This document shows, one piece after another, positions 9,714 through 19,682 of a DNA stretch of 64,000 nt; the stretch's first letter is position 1, and every line of letters begins with the position of its first letter. The DNA lies in assembly GCA_033764015.1 (NCBI GenBank), contig JANRJK010000036.1, positions 256,001-320,000 on the forward strand, written 5' to 3'. The position numbers and the translations under genes are program-made. A model generated the notes under the pieces. The model saw only the letters and a program-made list of their open reading frames with translations, was not told the DNA's origin and ran no database searches. This DNA is from Candidatus Sumerlaeia bacterium. Its GTDB lineage: Bacteria > Sumerlaeota > Sumerlaeia > SLMS01 > JANRJK01.

Positions 9714-10484
9714 TTACTCGTATAGCGACCAGGACTCCTGCGCGGCGGCGGGGACGGCCACGAGGCCGTTGCCGTTGCCGGGAGTGAGCGCGTACCCGTC
9801 GAACTTCACATCGAAGGGAAAGCTCTGGCCCACGTCGATCGTGTACGGGCCGGGCGAGGTGCCGCTGATGTTGGCGGCCACCCAACGGGGAACCGATGCG
9901 TCGTAGACGAGCGCCTCGTGCTCGAAGGTGCTTGTCACTTCGCTGAGGTCCGTGAACCCGAGGCTCGCTCCATACCCGGTGTTGGGATTCGCGTCGTCCT
10001 CGATCGTGCCGACCGCATCCAGAACCGCCGTCCAGGGAGTGCTGTCGAGCGTCCCGTTGTCGTCCGTGTCGTAGTCGGTTCCGGTGGACCCGGTGAAGCC
10101 GGTGACGAGGAGGAAGGTTTGGGTGCCGTTTTCAAGGGTACCCGCTCCGAGGAGGTTTGCGACCGTGGTTTGAGCCGCGGCGGCGGGAAGGAGGCCCGTT
10201 GTTCCGTCCCGAAGCAGGAGGAGGCCGTTCGCTCCCGTGGAGAGCGAGGAGAGGTCGATCGCGATGTCGACCACGCCTGCGCCGGGTGCCGTGCCGTCGC
10301 CCTCGATGACGACGAACCAGACGTTCGTGAGAGCCTCGGCACCGCCCGTGGTGCTGAGGATTTCCACGAACTCGAAGCCGTTATCGGTGCTAGGCGGGTT
10401 GTTCATGATTTCGTTCAGCCGGGGAGTCGCCGAAGCGGAGCCCGCGAGAATCGTTGCGAGGGAAAGCAGGATCGCGGTTTTCAT
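9714..10484 (-). CDS. Exported acidic Thr/Gly-rich protein (lamin-tail-like N-terminus), paralog B
   Basis: Signal peptide; RLNEIM.NP...EFVEI; DYDTDDNGTLD Ca-binding-like loop; TPG.GN near the end; terminates ESWSLYE. Confidence 0.75.
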   Translation of the reverse strand: MKTAILLSLATILAGSASATPRLNEIMNNPPSTDNGFEFVEILSTTGGAEALTNVWFVVIEGDGTAPGAGVVDIAIDLSSLSTGANGLLLLRDGTTGLLPAAAAQTTVANLLGAGTLENGTQTFLLVTGFTGSTGTDYDTDDNGTLDSTPWTAVLDAVGTIEDDANPNTGYGASLGFTDLSEVTSTFEHEALVYDASVPRWVAANISGTSPGPYTIDVGQSFPFDVKFDGYALTPGNGNGLVAVPAAAQESWSLYE

Positions 10485-11239
10485 CAGTTCATCGCCTCCC
10501 AGTTTTCAACGGATGTGAACACGTTCAGCGAGCCCGGCGTCATCACGTGGCCGTCGTACTTCGCGTTGAACGGGTTGCTCTGGTTTGTGTTCACCGTGAA
10601 GGGGCCGGGGACGCCGCCGGAGATGTTCACACCGATCCACTGGGAGAGCACGGCGTCGTAGATCATCCCCTCGTGCTCGAAGCCACCGACGTTTTCGTCG
10701 AGGTTGGTGAAGCCGAAGTCGTCCGCGTAGCCGAAGTTCCCCGCTCCATCGTTCTCGATGTTGCCGAGGGCGTCGACGACCGCCGTCCAGGGCGTGGAGT
10801 CGATTGTTCCATCGTCGTTGGTATCGAGATCGTTGCCCGCGGCGCCGCTGAAACCGGTGACGACCAGGAAGGTGAGCGATCCGTTCTCGAGCTGCGCTGC
10901 GGTGAACACCGTGGAGGAGTTGGTCCCCGCATCCGCCGCCGGGTTGAGCGCGGCTCCGGTGCCGTCGCGAAGGAGGAGGAGGCCGCTGGCGCCGCTGCCG
11001 AGCGCGTTCAGGTTGACGGCGATGTCGATCACGCCGGGCGCGGAGCTGTCGCCTTCGAGGACAAGAAGTGTGTGGTTGGTGAAGGTCTCGGCGCCGCCGG
11101 TCGTGCTGCGGATCTCGACGAATTCGCCATTGTCGTCGGTGCTGGCGGGATTGACTAGGACTTCATTGAGGCGGGGTGCCGCCGCCGCCGTGCCGCAGAT
11201 CGCGCAGAGCGCGGCGGCGGTCAGGATCGAGTGCTTCAT
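10484..11239 (-). CDS. Exported acidic Thr/Gly-rich protein (lamin-tail-like N-terminus), paralog A
   Basis: Start MKHSILTAAALCA at 11239. Co-linear with the 9714 gene; its stop overlaps the next start (TGATG). Terminates SVENWEAMN. Confidence 0.75.
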   Translation of the reverse strand: MKHSILTAAALCAICGTAAAAPRLNEVLVNPASTDDNGEFVEIRSTTGGAETFTNHTLLVLEGDSSAPGVIDIAVNLNALGSGASGLLLLRDGTGAALNPAADAGTNSSTVFTAAQLENGSLTFLVVTGFSGAAGNDLDTNDDGTIDSTPWTAVVDALGNIENDGAGNFGYADDFGFTNLDENVGGFEHEGMIYDAVLSQWIGVNISGGVPGPFTVNTNQSNPFNAKYDGHVMTPGSLNVFTSVENWEAMN

Positions 11240-11265
11240 CTTCGGGGTTCCTCTGAGGGGGTGCT

Positions 11266-11928
11266 TCAGTCGTTGATGCGCCCGAACCGCTGGCCGTTCA
11301 CGAAGTAGTTTCCGACGTTGAGCGAGCCGCCAGCGCGGTAGATGTCGCCGTCGCTGATGGTGCCATTGCTGGGATCGTAGGTGAGGAGGCGCGCGCCGCC
11401 GCCTCCTCCGTATGGCCACTCGTCGGACCCCTGCGTGTCGTCCGCCTGGTCGGCGGGTGCGACGTCGGTGCCGACGGAGATGAGTAGCCATGATTGCTGG
11501 ACCGGGACGCCTTGGCTGCCGTAGTTGCCGAAGCGCCCGCGCCACCCCTGGTTGTCCGATCCGGAGCCGAGCGCGAAGTTCTTGGCGAAGCGGCTGTTCG
11601 GATCGGAGGCCTGCTCGGCGCTGACCGCCGACTGGAACGGGTCCTCCGGCAGCGTCGTCAGATACGCGATGGGCGACGTGAGGAGGGCGAGCCCCCCCGC
11701 GCCGTTCTTCCCCAGCGTGTTGTCCGAATCGTTGACGTACCGGTTGTAGTCGGTGAAGTAGGACTCGAGTCCGGTCGCGATGGTCCGCAGGTCGGCCTTC
11801 ACCCGCGAAACCTTGCTTCTGGTTTGCGCCGCCAGGAAGTTGGGAACGGCGATCGCCGCGAGGATCGCGATGATCGCTACGACAATCAACAGCTCAATGA
11901 GCGTGAACGCTCCGTCGCGACGCTTCAT
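11266..11928 (-). CDS. Prepilin-type N-terminal cleavage/methylation protein (GspG/pseudopilin-like)
   Basis: MKRRDGA|FTLIELLIVVAIIAILAAIAVPNF class III signal; LPEDPF; YDPSNGTISDGDI. Confidence 0.9.
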   Translation of the reverse strand: MKRRDGAFTLIELLIVVAIIAILAAIAVPNFLAAQTRSKVSRVKADLRTIATGLESYFTDYNRYVNDSDNTLGKNGAGGLALLTSPIAYLTTLPEDPFQSAVSAEQASDPNSRFAKNFALGSGSDNQGWRGRFGNYGSQGVPVQQSWLLISVGTDVAPADQADDTQGSDEWPYGGGGGARLLTYDPSNGTISDGDIYRAGGSLNVGNYFVNGQRFGRIND

Positions 11929-12106
11929 ACGCAGCGGGCTCCGGGGAGGGGTGACAGAGGGCTTCACGGCGCCATCGCCGGAGCACAACGGGGCATTCCC
12001 GCGGTCGCCGGTATAAAGCGATTCAGCGCGGCCGGGGGATCCAGCGGTCAGGACGTCGGCGCTGTACCGTTGACGGCCCCGAGGGGGGGCCGCGATGCTG
12101 GCGGGC

Positions 12107-13207
12107 ATGGACGCGACGCAGACCCCCGAATCGGAAATCCTCACGCTCGACCGGCCCGTTCCGCCGCTGCGGATCGGGCCGTGGTCGTTCTGGCCCCCGG
12201 TGTTTCCCGCGCCGATGTGCGGCATCAGCGACCGCGCCTGGCGCCAGTTCGGCCGCGAGATGGGATGCCCGCTGGTCTACACGCAGATGGTGAGCGCGGA
12301 GGCGATGACGCGCTCGGGGCGGGACAAGTCGTGGTCGATCCTCGACATGTTCGTGGAGGAGCCGCCCGTGTGCGCGCAGCTCTTCGGCGGCGAGCCGGAT
12401 GCGCTGGCGGACTCCGCGGCGGCGCTGGAGCGCGCGGGCGCCTCGATCATCGACCTGAACATGGGCTGCCCGGTGAACAAGGTGGTGAAGGCGAACGGCG
12501 GCGCGGCGCTGATGCGGCAGCCGGAGCTGGTGCGCGAGATCTTCGCGCGCATCCGCGCCGCCATCAAGGTGCCCTTCACGGTGAAGTTCCGCGCCGGCTG
12601 GGAGACTTTCGGCGACGAGGCGTTCGCCATCGCCCGGCTCGCGGAGCAGGAGGGCCTCGACGCCGTCTGCATCCACGCGCGCACCCGCGAGCAGAAGTTC
12701 AAGGGCGCGGCGGACTGGTCGATCCTCTCCGCGGTGAAGCGCGAGACGCGCCTGCCGGTGATCGGCAACGGCGACGTGAAGGACGCCGCTTCCGCGGTGC
12801 GCATGGTGCGCGAGCACGGGGTGGACGGAGTGATGGTGGGGCGCGCGGCGATGGGCAACCCGTGGGTGCTGCGCGAGATCGCCGCCGCGCTGCGCGGCGA
12901 GCCGGTCCCGGAGCCGCCTTCGATCGACGAGCGCCTCGATATGGTGCGCCGCCACGCGCGCATCATGGCGATGCGCAAGGGGGAGCACCGCGGGCTGATC
13001 GAGTTCCGCAAGCACGTGGTGCAGTACTTCCGCGCCTTCCCCTACGCGCGCGACCTGAAGACGAAGCTGGTCGCCGCGCCGACGCTGGCGGAGTACGAGC
13101 GCATCCTGGACCGGGGGCGCGAGTTGATCGAGGAGTACGCCGCGCGCGCCGCGGAGGAAGGACCGTCCGCGGAGGGCGACGCCGCCGAGGATTGCGGCTG
13201 CGAGTAG
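12107..13207 (+). CDS. dusB: tRNA-dihydrouridine synthase B
   Basis: APMCGISD, QLFG, IDLNMGCPVNKV, HARTR.Q...G.ADW, VIGNGDV, DGVMVGRAAMGNPW. Confidence 0.92.
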   Translation: MDATQTPESEILTLDRPVPPLRIGPWSFWPPVFPAPMCGISDRAWRQFGREMGCPLVYTQMVSAEAMTRSGRDKSWSILDMFVEEPPVCAQLFGGEPDALADSAAALERAGASIIDLNMGCPVNKVVKANGGAALMRQPELVREIFARIRAAIKVPFTVKFRAGWETFGDEAFAIARLAEQEGLDAVCIHARTREQKFKGAADWSILSAVKRETRLPVIGNGDVKDAASAVRMVREHGVDGVMVGRAAMGNPWVLREIAAALRGEPVPEPPSIDERLDMVRRHARIMAMRKGEHRGLIEFRKHVVQYFRAFPYARDLKTKLVAAPTLAEYERILDRGRELIEEYAARAAEEGPSAEGDAAEDCGCE

Positions 13208-13219
13208 CGGCGGCGCGCC

Positions 13220-14941
13220 TCAGCCCCGCGGCGGCTGGACCTTCGACGGATCCACCGGCGGGCTGTAGTCGTTCAGTTCGCGAGCCATGAACGAGTAGAG
13301 CCCTTCGGTCTTCTTGCGGTAGGCTTCGCGCTCGAGGTCCTTGTTGTGCTTCGCGCGCTCCTCGTCGGCGCGGCGGACCACTTCGGTGACGTACGCGTTG
13401 TAGCCGAGATCCTTCTGGCGGATCGAGAAGCCCGGCTTGGCGGCGACCGCTTCGAGCGCCTGGCGCAGCGGCGCAGCGCGCAGCGGCAGCTCGATGAGCT
13501 TGTTCCCCGAGAGCCGCATCGCCGCGTTCGCATCCGCCGGTGTCGTGTGGTAGCCCGTGAGGTACACCAGCTCCGTGTGGGAGAGGCGGGCGGACTCGCG
13601 GAGGATCTTGCCCAGCTCCACGCCGGAGTACTTCGCGCCGCGGACGCCGAGCACGACGATGTCGGGCTGGAAGCGGACGATGAGCTCGACCGCTTCGACG
13701 GGATCTTCGAGGGGGAGGAACTCGGCGAGACCGCGGGTCGCCTCCGCGGCGATCGGGAGCCAGTCGGGGGCTTCGACCAGCACGAGGACGCGGGGCCGGG
13801 GCGCTTCCGCGGCGGGGCCGAGCTGTCCCATGCCGCGAGTGCGGCGCTGGCGGATGAGCTCGCGCGCGTCGCTTTGCGTTTCGGCGGAACCGGGCGTCGG
13901 TGCCGCGGGGCGCGCGGGAGGCGGAGGCGCGGTCGGGCGCAATTCACCCGCCGGTCGCGCCAGCGGGGGCGTCGCCGGGGGGGCGAGCGGTGGCGGAGGC
14001 GCGGTTGGGAAGATCGTCGTGCGCGGCAGCGGTTCCGGCGCCTTGGGCGCCGCATCGCGCGCGGAAGGGCGCAGCGGTGCCACGTCGCGAGCCAGCTCGG
14101 GAAGCTTCGGCAGGCTCTTCGAGTCGGTGACGCCGGGCACGCGCGAGTCGGACGGGCGGGGCGTGTGGACTTCGGGGCGCTCGACGAACTCGGAGGATGT
14201 CGAGACAGGGCGCCCCGCGCTCGGGACGTAGGGCTGCGCCTGTGGCTTGTAGGAGAACTCGCCGGAGGCGTGGTCGCGCTCCGGTTCGAGCGGCTTGGGG
14301 CGCGCCGGCGGCTCCGCGGGTGCGTGGGCGGCGGCCTCGCCGGGCATCTTGCCGAAGATCCGCCGGCGCCGGCCGGTGTCGGCGGGGCGCTCGGTGGCGG
14401 GAAGCGACTCGGGATGCTCCGTGGGGGCGAGGATGCCGTCCAGGCGGATCTCGGTGGTCCGGCGGAGCTCTTCTTCGGAGGTGTCCTGCTGGGATCCGGC
14501 GCGGCGCAGCGGCGTGGCGTCGATGCGTTCGAGTTCGCGGAGGGTGAAGAGCTTCATGCTGGGCGGGATGCGGCGGTCGAAGAGGAATCCGCGGATCCGT
14601 CCGACCACGTCCTGCGTATCGAAGGGTTTCTCGATGAAGCCGCTGGCGCCGGAGCGCTCGGCCTCCTCGCGGAAGGCTTCGCTGCTGGCGGCGCTGAGGA
14701 AGAAGACGGGGAGTGCGCCTCCTTCTTCGCGACGGCGGATCGTCTGGCAGCAGGCGAAGCCGTTCATCACCGGCATCATGATATCGAGGAGGAGCAGGTC
14801 GGGCTCGTAGCGTTCGTACTTCTCCAGCGCGTCGAGGCCGTTGCTCGCCTGGACGATCTCGAAGTCCTTCGAGAGGAGGGCGGAGACCACGAAGCGCACG
14901 TCGGCGTCGTCATCGACGACCATGATCCGGTACTTCGACAC
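13220..14941 (-). CDS. Response regulator with N-terminal receiver, long Pro-rich linker and degenerate second receiver
   Basis: IMVVDDD, PDLLLLDIMMPVMNG, FIEKPF. Second domain RVLVLVE...QPDIVVLG. GTG start after AGGAGAG. Confidence 0.8.
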   Translation of the reverse strand: MSKYRIMVVDDDADVRFVVSALLSKDFEIVQASNGLDALEKYERYEPDLLLLDIMMPVMNGFACCQTIRRREEGGALPVFFLSAASSEAFREEAERSGASGFIEKPFDTQDVVGRIRGFLFDRRIPPSMKLFTLRELERIDATPLRRAGSQQDTSEEELRRTTEIRLDGILAPTEHPESLPATERPADTGRRRRIFGKMPGEAAAHAPAEPPARPKPLEPERDHASGEFSYKPQAQPYVPSAGRPVSTSSEFVERPEVHTPRPSDSRVPGVTDSKSLPKLPELARDVAPLRPSARDAAPKAPEPLPRTTIFPTAPPPPLAPPATPPLARPAGELRPTAPPPPARPAAPTPGSAETQSDARELIRQRRTRGMGQLGPAAEAPRPRVLVLVEAPDWLPIAAEATRGLAEFLPLEDPVEAVELIVRFQPDIVVLGVRGAKYSGVELGKILRESARLSHTELVYLTGYHTTPADANAAMRLSGNKLIELPLRAAPLRQALEAVAAKPGFSIRQKDLGYNAYVTEVVRRADEERAKHNKDLEREAYRKKTEGLYSFMARELNDYSPPVDPSKVQPPRG

Positions 14942-15129
14942 GGGGCACTCTCCTGCGTTGGTGCTCCAAGTGTTACTCCCGGCGCGCCGCCTCGGACAAC
15001 GGGAACATTCCGCATCCCGGCGTTGTGCTTGCCTTACCGGCGGCGGGGAAGGCTCAATCGAAAGCTCAAATCCGCCGCAGTGGCCTAGGGCCGAATTCCT
15101 CCCGCCCGCCACGCTGGAGCAGCCACAAC

Positions 15130-16599
15130 GTGCCGTTGATCGCGATCATCGATGACGAACCCATCGTGGTTGGCGCCGCCGCATCGATTGTACGCCGGTT
15201 GGGACACGAGACGGTCACCGGCGGCACCATCGCCGATGCGCAGCGCATCGTGCGCGAGCGGCGACCCGACATCCTGCTGCTCGATATGCACCTGCCGGAC
15301 GGCGAGGCGGACGAGGCGGTGGCGCGGCTGAAGATGATGCAGCCTTCGCTGCGCATCATCCTGTTCTCCGGGGATCTGGAGCTGGAGACCTCCTCGCGCG
15401 CCGTGAAGGCGGGGGCTTTCGAGTACCTCACCAAGCCGTTCACCTTCGATTCGATGTCGACGGCGCTTTCCGACGCGCTGGGGCCGGGGCCGCAGGGCGC
15501 GCCGGTCGCGTCGGACGCGGCGGTGGTCCATGTCGCGGCGCGCCGCCTGCTGGGACAGAGCCCCGAGATCTGCCTCGCCAACCTGCTGCTGGAGCGCTTC
15601 GCGAAGACGCCGGAGACGCCGATCCTGATCACCGGGGAGAGCGGCACCGGCAAGGAAGTGGCCGCCGCGGCGGTCCACAACCTGAGCAAGCGGCGCGAGA
15701 AGCCCTTCATAAAGCTGAACTGCGCCGCGATCCCCCGCTCGCTGATGGAAGCGGAGCTGTTCGGCCACGAGCGCGGGTCCTTCACCGACGCCAAGGCGAC
15801 CAGGCTCGGCGTCTTCGAAGCGGCGCACGGCGGGACGCTGTTCCTCGACGAGGTCGGCGAGCTCGACATCGAGCTGCAGCCGAAGCTGCTCCGCGTGCTG
15901 GAGGAGAAGATCGTGCACCGGGTCGGCGGAGGGCCGGGGCGGGCCGTCGATGTGCGCGTGGTCGCGGCGACCAACCGGAACCTGGCGGAGCTGTGCCGCG
16001 CCGGCCGCTTCCGCGAGGACCTCTACTTCCGCCTCGCGGTGCTCCACATCGAACTGACGCCGCTCCGCAGCCGCCGGGAGGACATCCCGCTGCTCGCGGA
16101 GCACTTCCTGCGCGAGCGCTCGCAGGCCCTGGGCCGCGTCTTCACTGCGATCAGCCCGCCGACGATGCGCATGTTCATCGACTACGAATGGCCCGGGAAC
16201 GTCCGCGAGATGCGGAACCTGCTCGAGCGCCTGGTGATCCTTTCGCCGAAGCAGGGTGTGCTCGATATCGGCGAGGACGAGTGGCGGCGGAACCTGTTCG
16301 GCTTCGGCCGCGGGAACGGAACGGCGCCCAGGCCGGACCCCGCGCCGGGCCGCACCACGCCGCAGGCCCCGCACTTCAGCGCTCCCGCGCCGGTGCCGGA
16401 CTCCGTGCCCACGACGCCCTACCTCTCCACCGCCCGGCCGAACGAGCTCCTCCCCCTGGACGAGGCGGAGAAGCGCTACATCCTCGAAGTGATCGCGCGC
16501 ATGGGGAACAACAAGACCGCCGCGGCGAAGGTGCTCGGCATCGCGCGTTCGACGCTTAACCGGAAGCTGGCCGCGTACGGCTTGAGCGTGGAGGACTGA
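15130..16599 (+). CDS. Sigma-54-dependent response regulator (NtrC/AtoC family)
   Basis: Receiver domain; ITGESGTGKE Walker A; ELFGHERGSFTDA; GGTLFLDEVGE; WPGNVRE; Fis-type HTH NKTAAAKVLGIARSTL. Confidence 0.93.
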   Translation: MPLIAIIDDEPIVVGAAASIVRRLGHETVTGGTIADAQRIVRERRPDILLLDMHLPDGEADEAVARLKMMQPSLRIILFSGDLELETSSRAVKAGAFEYLTKPFTFDSMSTALSDALGPGPQGAPVASDAAVVHVAARRLLGQSPEICLANLLLERFAKTPETPILITGESGTGKEVAAAAVHNLSKRREKPFIKLNCAAIPRSLMEAELFGHERGSFTDAKATRLGVFEAAHGGTLFLDEVGELDIELQPKLLRVLEEKIVHRVGGGPGRAVDVRVVAATNRNLAELCRAGRFREDLYFRLAVLHIELTPLRSRREDIPLLAEHFLRERSQALGRVFTAISPPTMRMFIDYEWPGNVREMRNLLERLVILSPKQGVLDIGEDEWRRNLFGFGRGNGTAPRPDPAPGRTTPQAPHFSAPAPVPDSVPTTPYLSTARPNELLPLDEAEKRYILEVIARMGNNKTAAAKVLGIARSTLNRKLAAYGLSVED

Positions 16600-16806
16600 A
16601 GGAGACGACCGCGAACCCCGCGGTCGCGCCCACCAGACCCGGAAGTCCGTTTTCCGGAGTGCGGCACTGCGCCGAGGCCGCGGACTCGGGGCCGGAAGAT
16701 CGGCGCGCGGGCGCGGCGACCGCCGACCGCCACGCGGGTTCGGAGGCGTTCGTCGCGGCGGACAAGGTGATCGACTACTGAGCGGCGGCGGGGAGCGGGC
16801 GCCGCG

Positions 16807-19212
16807 CTACCGCAGCGCGGCGCCGTGCTTCTCCTCGAGCAGCGAGCGGACCGCCTCCATCGCCGAGGCCACCTCGGCGTCCTGCAGCGTGCGGTCCGGT
16901 GCGCGGAACACCAGCGAGAATGCGAGCGAGCGCTTTCCTTCGGCCACCTGCTTGCCTTCGTACATGTCGAAGAGCGTGACCGACTGGAGCAGCTCCTTGC
17001 CGGCCTTGCGGATCGTGCGCTCCAGTTCGAGCGCGGGGACGGCACGGTCCACCAGGAGGGCGAGGTCGCGCTGCGCGGCGGGGAAGCGGGGGATTTCGGT
17101 GAACGCGGGCGCTGTGCACAGCGCGGCGAGCTCCGCGGTGACGGCGATCTCCATCAGGTAGGCCCGCTTCTTCAGGTCGAGCTCCTTCGCGAGCGCGGGA
17201 TGCAGCTCGCCGAAGAGGAGGACCGGCTGGCCCTTGACGAGGAATCGCGCCGCGCGCCCGGGGTGCAGCCACGGGACGTCGGCGGCGCGTTCGACCACCA
17301 GGCGGGCGATGCCCAGGCGCGCGAGGATCGCCTCCGCGGCGCCCTTCGCGTCGAAGAAGTCGTACTCGGCGGGGCCGGAGCGCCAGCTCGCGCGCCCGCC
17401 GCCGCAGAGCAGCGCGACGCAGGAGACGCGCTCGTCCGTCGCGGGCTCCAGCGTATCCTTCGGGAGGTCCGTGCGGGGCTCCGCGGATGCCCAGGCGAAG
17501 GTCTCGGCGATCTCGAAGAGGCGCACGTCGCCGACGCCGTGGTTCAGGTTGTGGGAGAGGTTCTGGAGTAGCGAGGGGACCAGCGAGCGCCGCATCACCG
17601 CCTGGTCCGCGGTGAGCGGATTGCGCACGCGCACCTGGAGCCCGTCCGCGAGGCCGACGGTTGCGTTGGCGGCCTCGGTGCCGAAGCTGAAGTTGAGCGC
17701 CTCGCAGAAGCCGAGCGTCTCGAAGGCGTCGCGTAGGGCGCGGCGCAGCGCGGGCACCGGGCGCGATGTGCGCGTCTTCGGCGCGAGCGCGGGCAGGCGC
17801 TCCGGGATCCGGTCGTAGCCGATGATCCGCGCGAGATCCTCGATCAGGTCCTCCTCGACGGAGACGTCCACACGGTGCGTGGGCACGACGACGGAAAGCT
17901 CGTCCTTGTCGCCGCGGGTGATTTCGTAGTCGAGGGAGCGGAGGATGTCGGCGACCTCGCGCCCGGAGAGCTCGAGGCCGAGGCACTGCGCGACGCGGGC
18001 GAGGCGGAGCGTGAGGCGGGGCTGCTCGGGCACGTCGCCGACGACGTCGACGATGCCCTTGGCGACCTTGCCGCCGGCGAGCTCCGCGAGGAGCTGGGCG
18101 GCACGGTTGAGCGCCAGCGTGAGCCGCCGGGCGTCGGTGCCGCGCTCGAAGCGGTAGCTGGCCTCCGTCGACTTCTCGAGGCGCTTCGCGGTGCGCCGGA
18201 TCGTCGAGGGGCGGAAGTAGGCCGACTCGATGAGGACGTTGCGCGTGGAGGGGCCGACCTCGGAGTTGCCGCCGCCCATGACGCCGGCGAGGGCGACCGG
18301 CTTCTCGGCGTCGCAGATCAGGAGGTCGGTCGTCGCGAGCTGCGCCTCTTTGCCGTCGAGCGTGGTGATGCGCTCGCCGGGCTTGGCGAGGCGCACGACG
18401 ATGTGGCGCTGGGCGAGCTGCTCGCAGTCGAAGCCGTGCAGCGGGTGGCCGAGTTCGTGGAGGACGAAGTTCGTCACGTCCACGACGTTGTTGATGGGGC
18501 GCATGCCGGCGGATTCGAGGGCGACCTGCATCCAGCGGGGGCTGTGGCCGACGGCGACGTCCTCGACGAGGCGCGCGGTGTAGCGCGGGCAGTCGGCCTT
18601 CGCTTCGACGGTGACCTTCACCTTCGCCTCGGTGCGCACGGCGCTTTCCTCGAGGACGGGGGCGGGGACGCGGAGCTTGCCGCCGCTCTTCGCCGCGAGG
18701 TCGCGCGCAAGGCCCACCAGCGACAGCGCGTCGGGGCGGTTGGGCGTCACCTTGATCGTGACCAGAACGTCCCAGGGCTCGCCGACGGGCGCGTCCTGCG
18801 GGAGGATCCAGATGCCCGCCGCGTCGTCGGAGACGCCGAGCTCGACCGCGCTGCAGAGCATGCCCTCGGATTCCAGGCCGCGGATCTTGCGGGGCTTCAG
18901 CTCCTCGCCGTTCGGGAAGCGCATGCCGAAGAGCGCCACCGGGACCTTGTCGCCGACCTCGATGTTCTTCGCGCCGCAGACGATGCGCAGCGGGCGGGGT
19001 CCGCCCGTGTCCACCGTCGTCATGCGGATCTTCTCCGCGTCGGGGATCGCCTCGATGTCGTCGATGCGGCCGACGACGACCTTCTTCGAGAGCATGCCAA
19101 GGTCGAGGGTCTCTTCGACCTCGAGGCCCGCGTCGGTGATGGCGTCGATGAGCGCCTCGTTGGAGGCGGTGGTGTCGAGGTACTTGCGGAGAAGTCGGAG
19201 GGAGAAGCGCAT
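16807..19212 (-). CDS. pheT: Phenylalanine--tRNA ligase beta subunit
   Basis: IVCGAKN, SEGMLCSA.ELG, VTPNRPDALS, INNVVDVTN, RFERG, EEDLIED, C-terminal FDX-ACB domain. Confidence 0.96.
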   Translation of the reverse strand: MRFSLRLLRKYLDTTASNEALIDAITDAGLEVEETLDLGMLSKKVVVGRIDDIEAIPDAEKIRMTTVDTGGPRPLRIVCGAKNIEVGDKVPVALFGMRFPNGEELKPRKIRGLESEGMLCSAVELGVSDDAAGIWILPQDAPVGEPWDVLVTIKVTPNRPDALSLVGLARDLAAKSGGKLRVPAPVLEESAVRTEAKVKVTVEAKADCPRYTARLVEDVAVGHSPRWMQVALESAGMRPINNVVDVTNFVLHELGHPLHGFDCEQLAQRHIVVRLAKPGERITTLDGKEAQLATTDLLICDAEKPVALAGVMGGGNSEVGPSTRNVLIESAYFRPSTIRRTAKRLEKSTEASYRFERGTDARRLTLALNRAAQLLAELAGGKVAKGIVDVVGDVPEQPRLTLRLARVAQCLGLELSGREVADILRSLDYEITRGDKDELSVVVPTHRVDVSVEEDLIEDLARIIGYDRIPERLPALAPKTRTSRPVPALRRALRDAFETLGFCEALNFSFGTEAANATVGLADGLQVRVRNPLTADQAVMRRSLVPSLLQNLSHNLNHGVGDVRLFEIAETFAWASAEPRTDLPKDTLEPATDERVSCVALLCGGGRASWRSGPAEYDFFDAKGAAEAILARLGIARLVVERAADVPWLHPGRAARFLVKGQPVLLFGELHPALAKELDLKKRAYLMEIAVTAELAALCTAPAFTEIPRFPAAQRDLALLVDRAVPALELERTIRKAGKELLQSVTLFDMYEGKQVAEGKRSLAFSLVFRAPDRTLQDAEVASAMEAVRSLLEEKHGAALR

Positions 19213-19267
19213 ACGGGTCCGGTCGCGTGGTTGTCGCGTTGAGTTGTTGGTGGATCGGGGCCGGCGG

Positions 19268-19624
19268 TCAGCCGTCCTTCTTGGAGCCGACAAGCGGGAG
19301 CTTGCGGATGTGCGCCTTGCCGTCCTCGAAATCGGCCTTCTGCTGGTCTTCGAGGGCGTTGGGATCGTTGATGTCGACGTCGACCTCGTTGGGGCGCCCG
19401 CCCTGTCCGGCCATCGCGTCGAGCGCGGCGGCGCCGCGCCCCTGGGGGGCGGCGGGCGGCGTGGCGGCGGGCCGGGCGGCGGTCTCCTCCGCGGCGGCGG
19501 GGGGCGGGGGGGGAGGCGGAACGTAGGTCGAGGGCGGCAGGTCGGGGGCGGTGGAGATGCGGAAGGCCGCCCCGCCCATGAGGACGAGGTTCAGGATGAT
19601 CAGGGCCACGATCGCGTACTTCAT
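19268..19624 (-). CDS. Small hypothetical membrane-anchored Pro/Ala-rich protein between pheS and pheT
   Basis: MKYAIVALIILNLVLMGG TM/signal, poly-Pro linker, acidic tail. GAGG RBS, GC-rich third codon positions. Confidence 0.7.
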   Translation of the reverse strand: MKYAIVALIILNLVLMGGAAFRISTAPDLPPSTYVPPPPPPPAAAEETAARPAATPPAAPQGRGAAALDAMAGQGGRPNEVDVDINDPNALEDQQKADFEDGKAHIRKLPLVGSKKDG

Positions 19625-19682
19625 GGGATTCGCCTCGCGGGGTGTGTCGTCGTGGGTGCGGCGCGGCGGGCGCCGGGTGCGG

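Noticed and set aside
11961..11974. Sigma-54-like element upstream of the first pilin gene (minus strand)
   Set aside because: GG to GC spacing is 9 nt, not the required 10.
15772..15795. GSFTDA in place of GAFTGA in the sigma-54 activator
   Set aside because: Within the variation seen in this family; not good evidence of inactivity.
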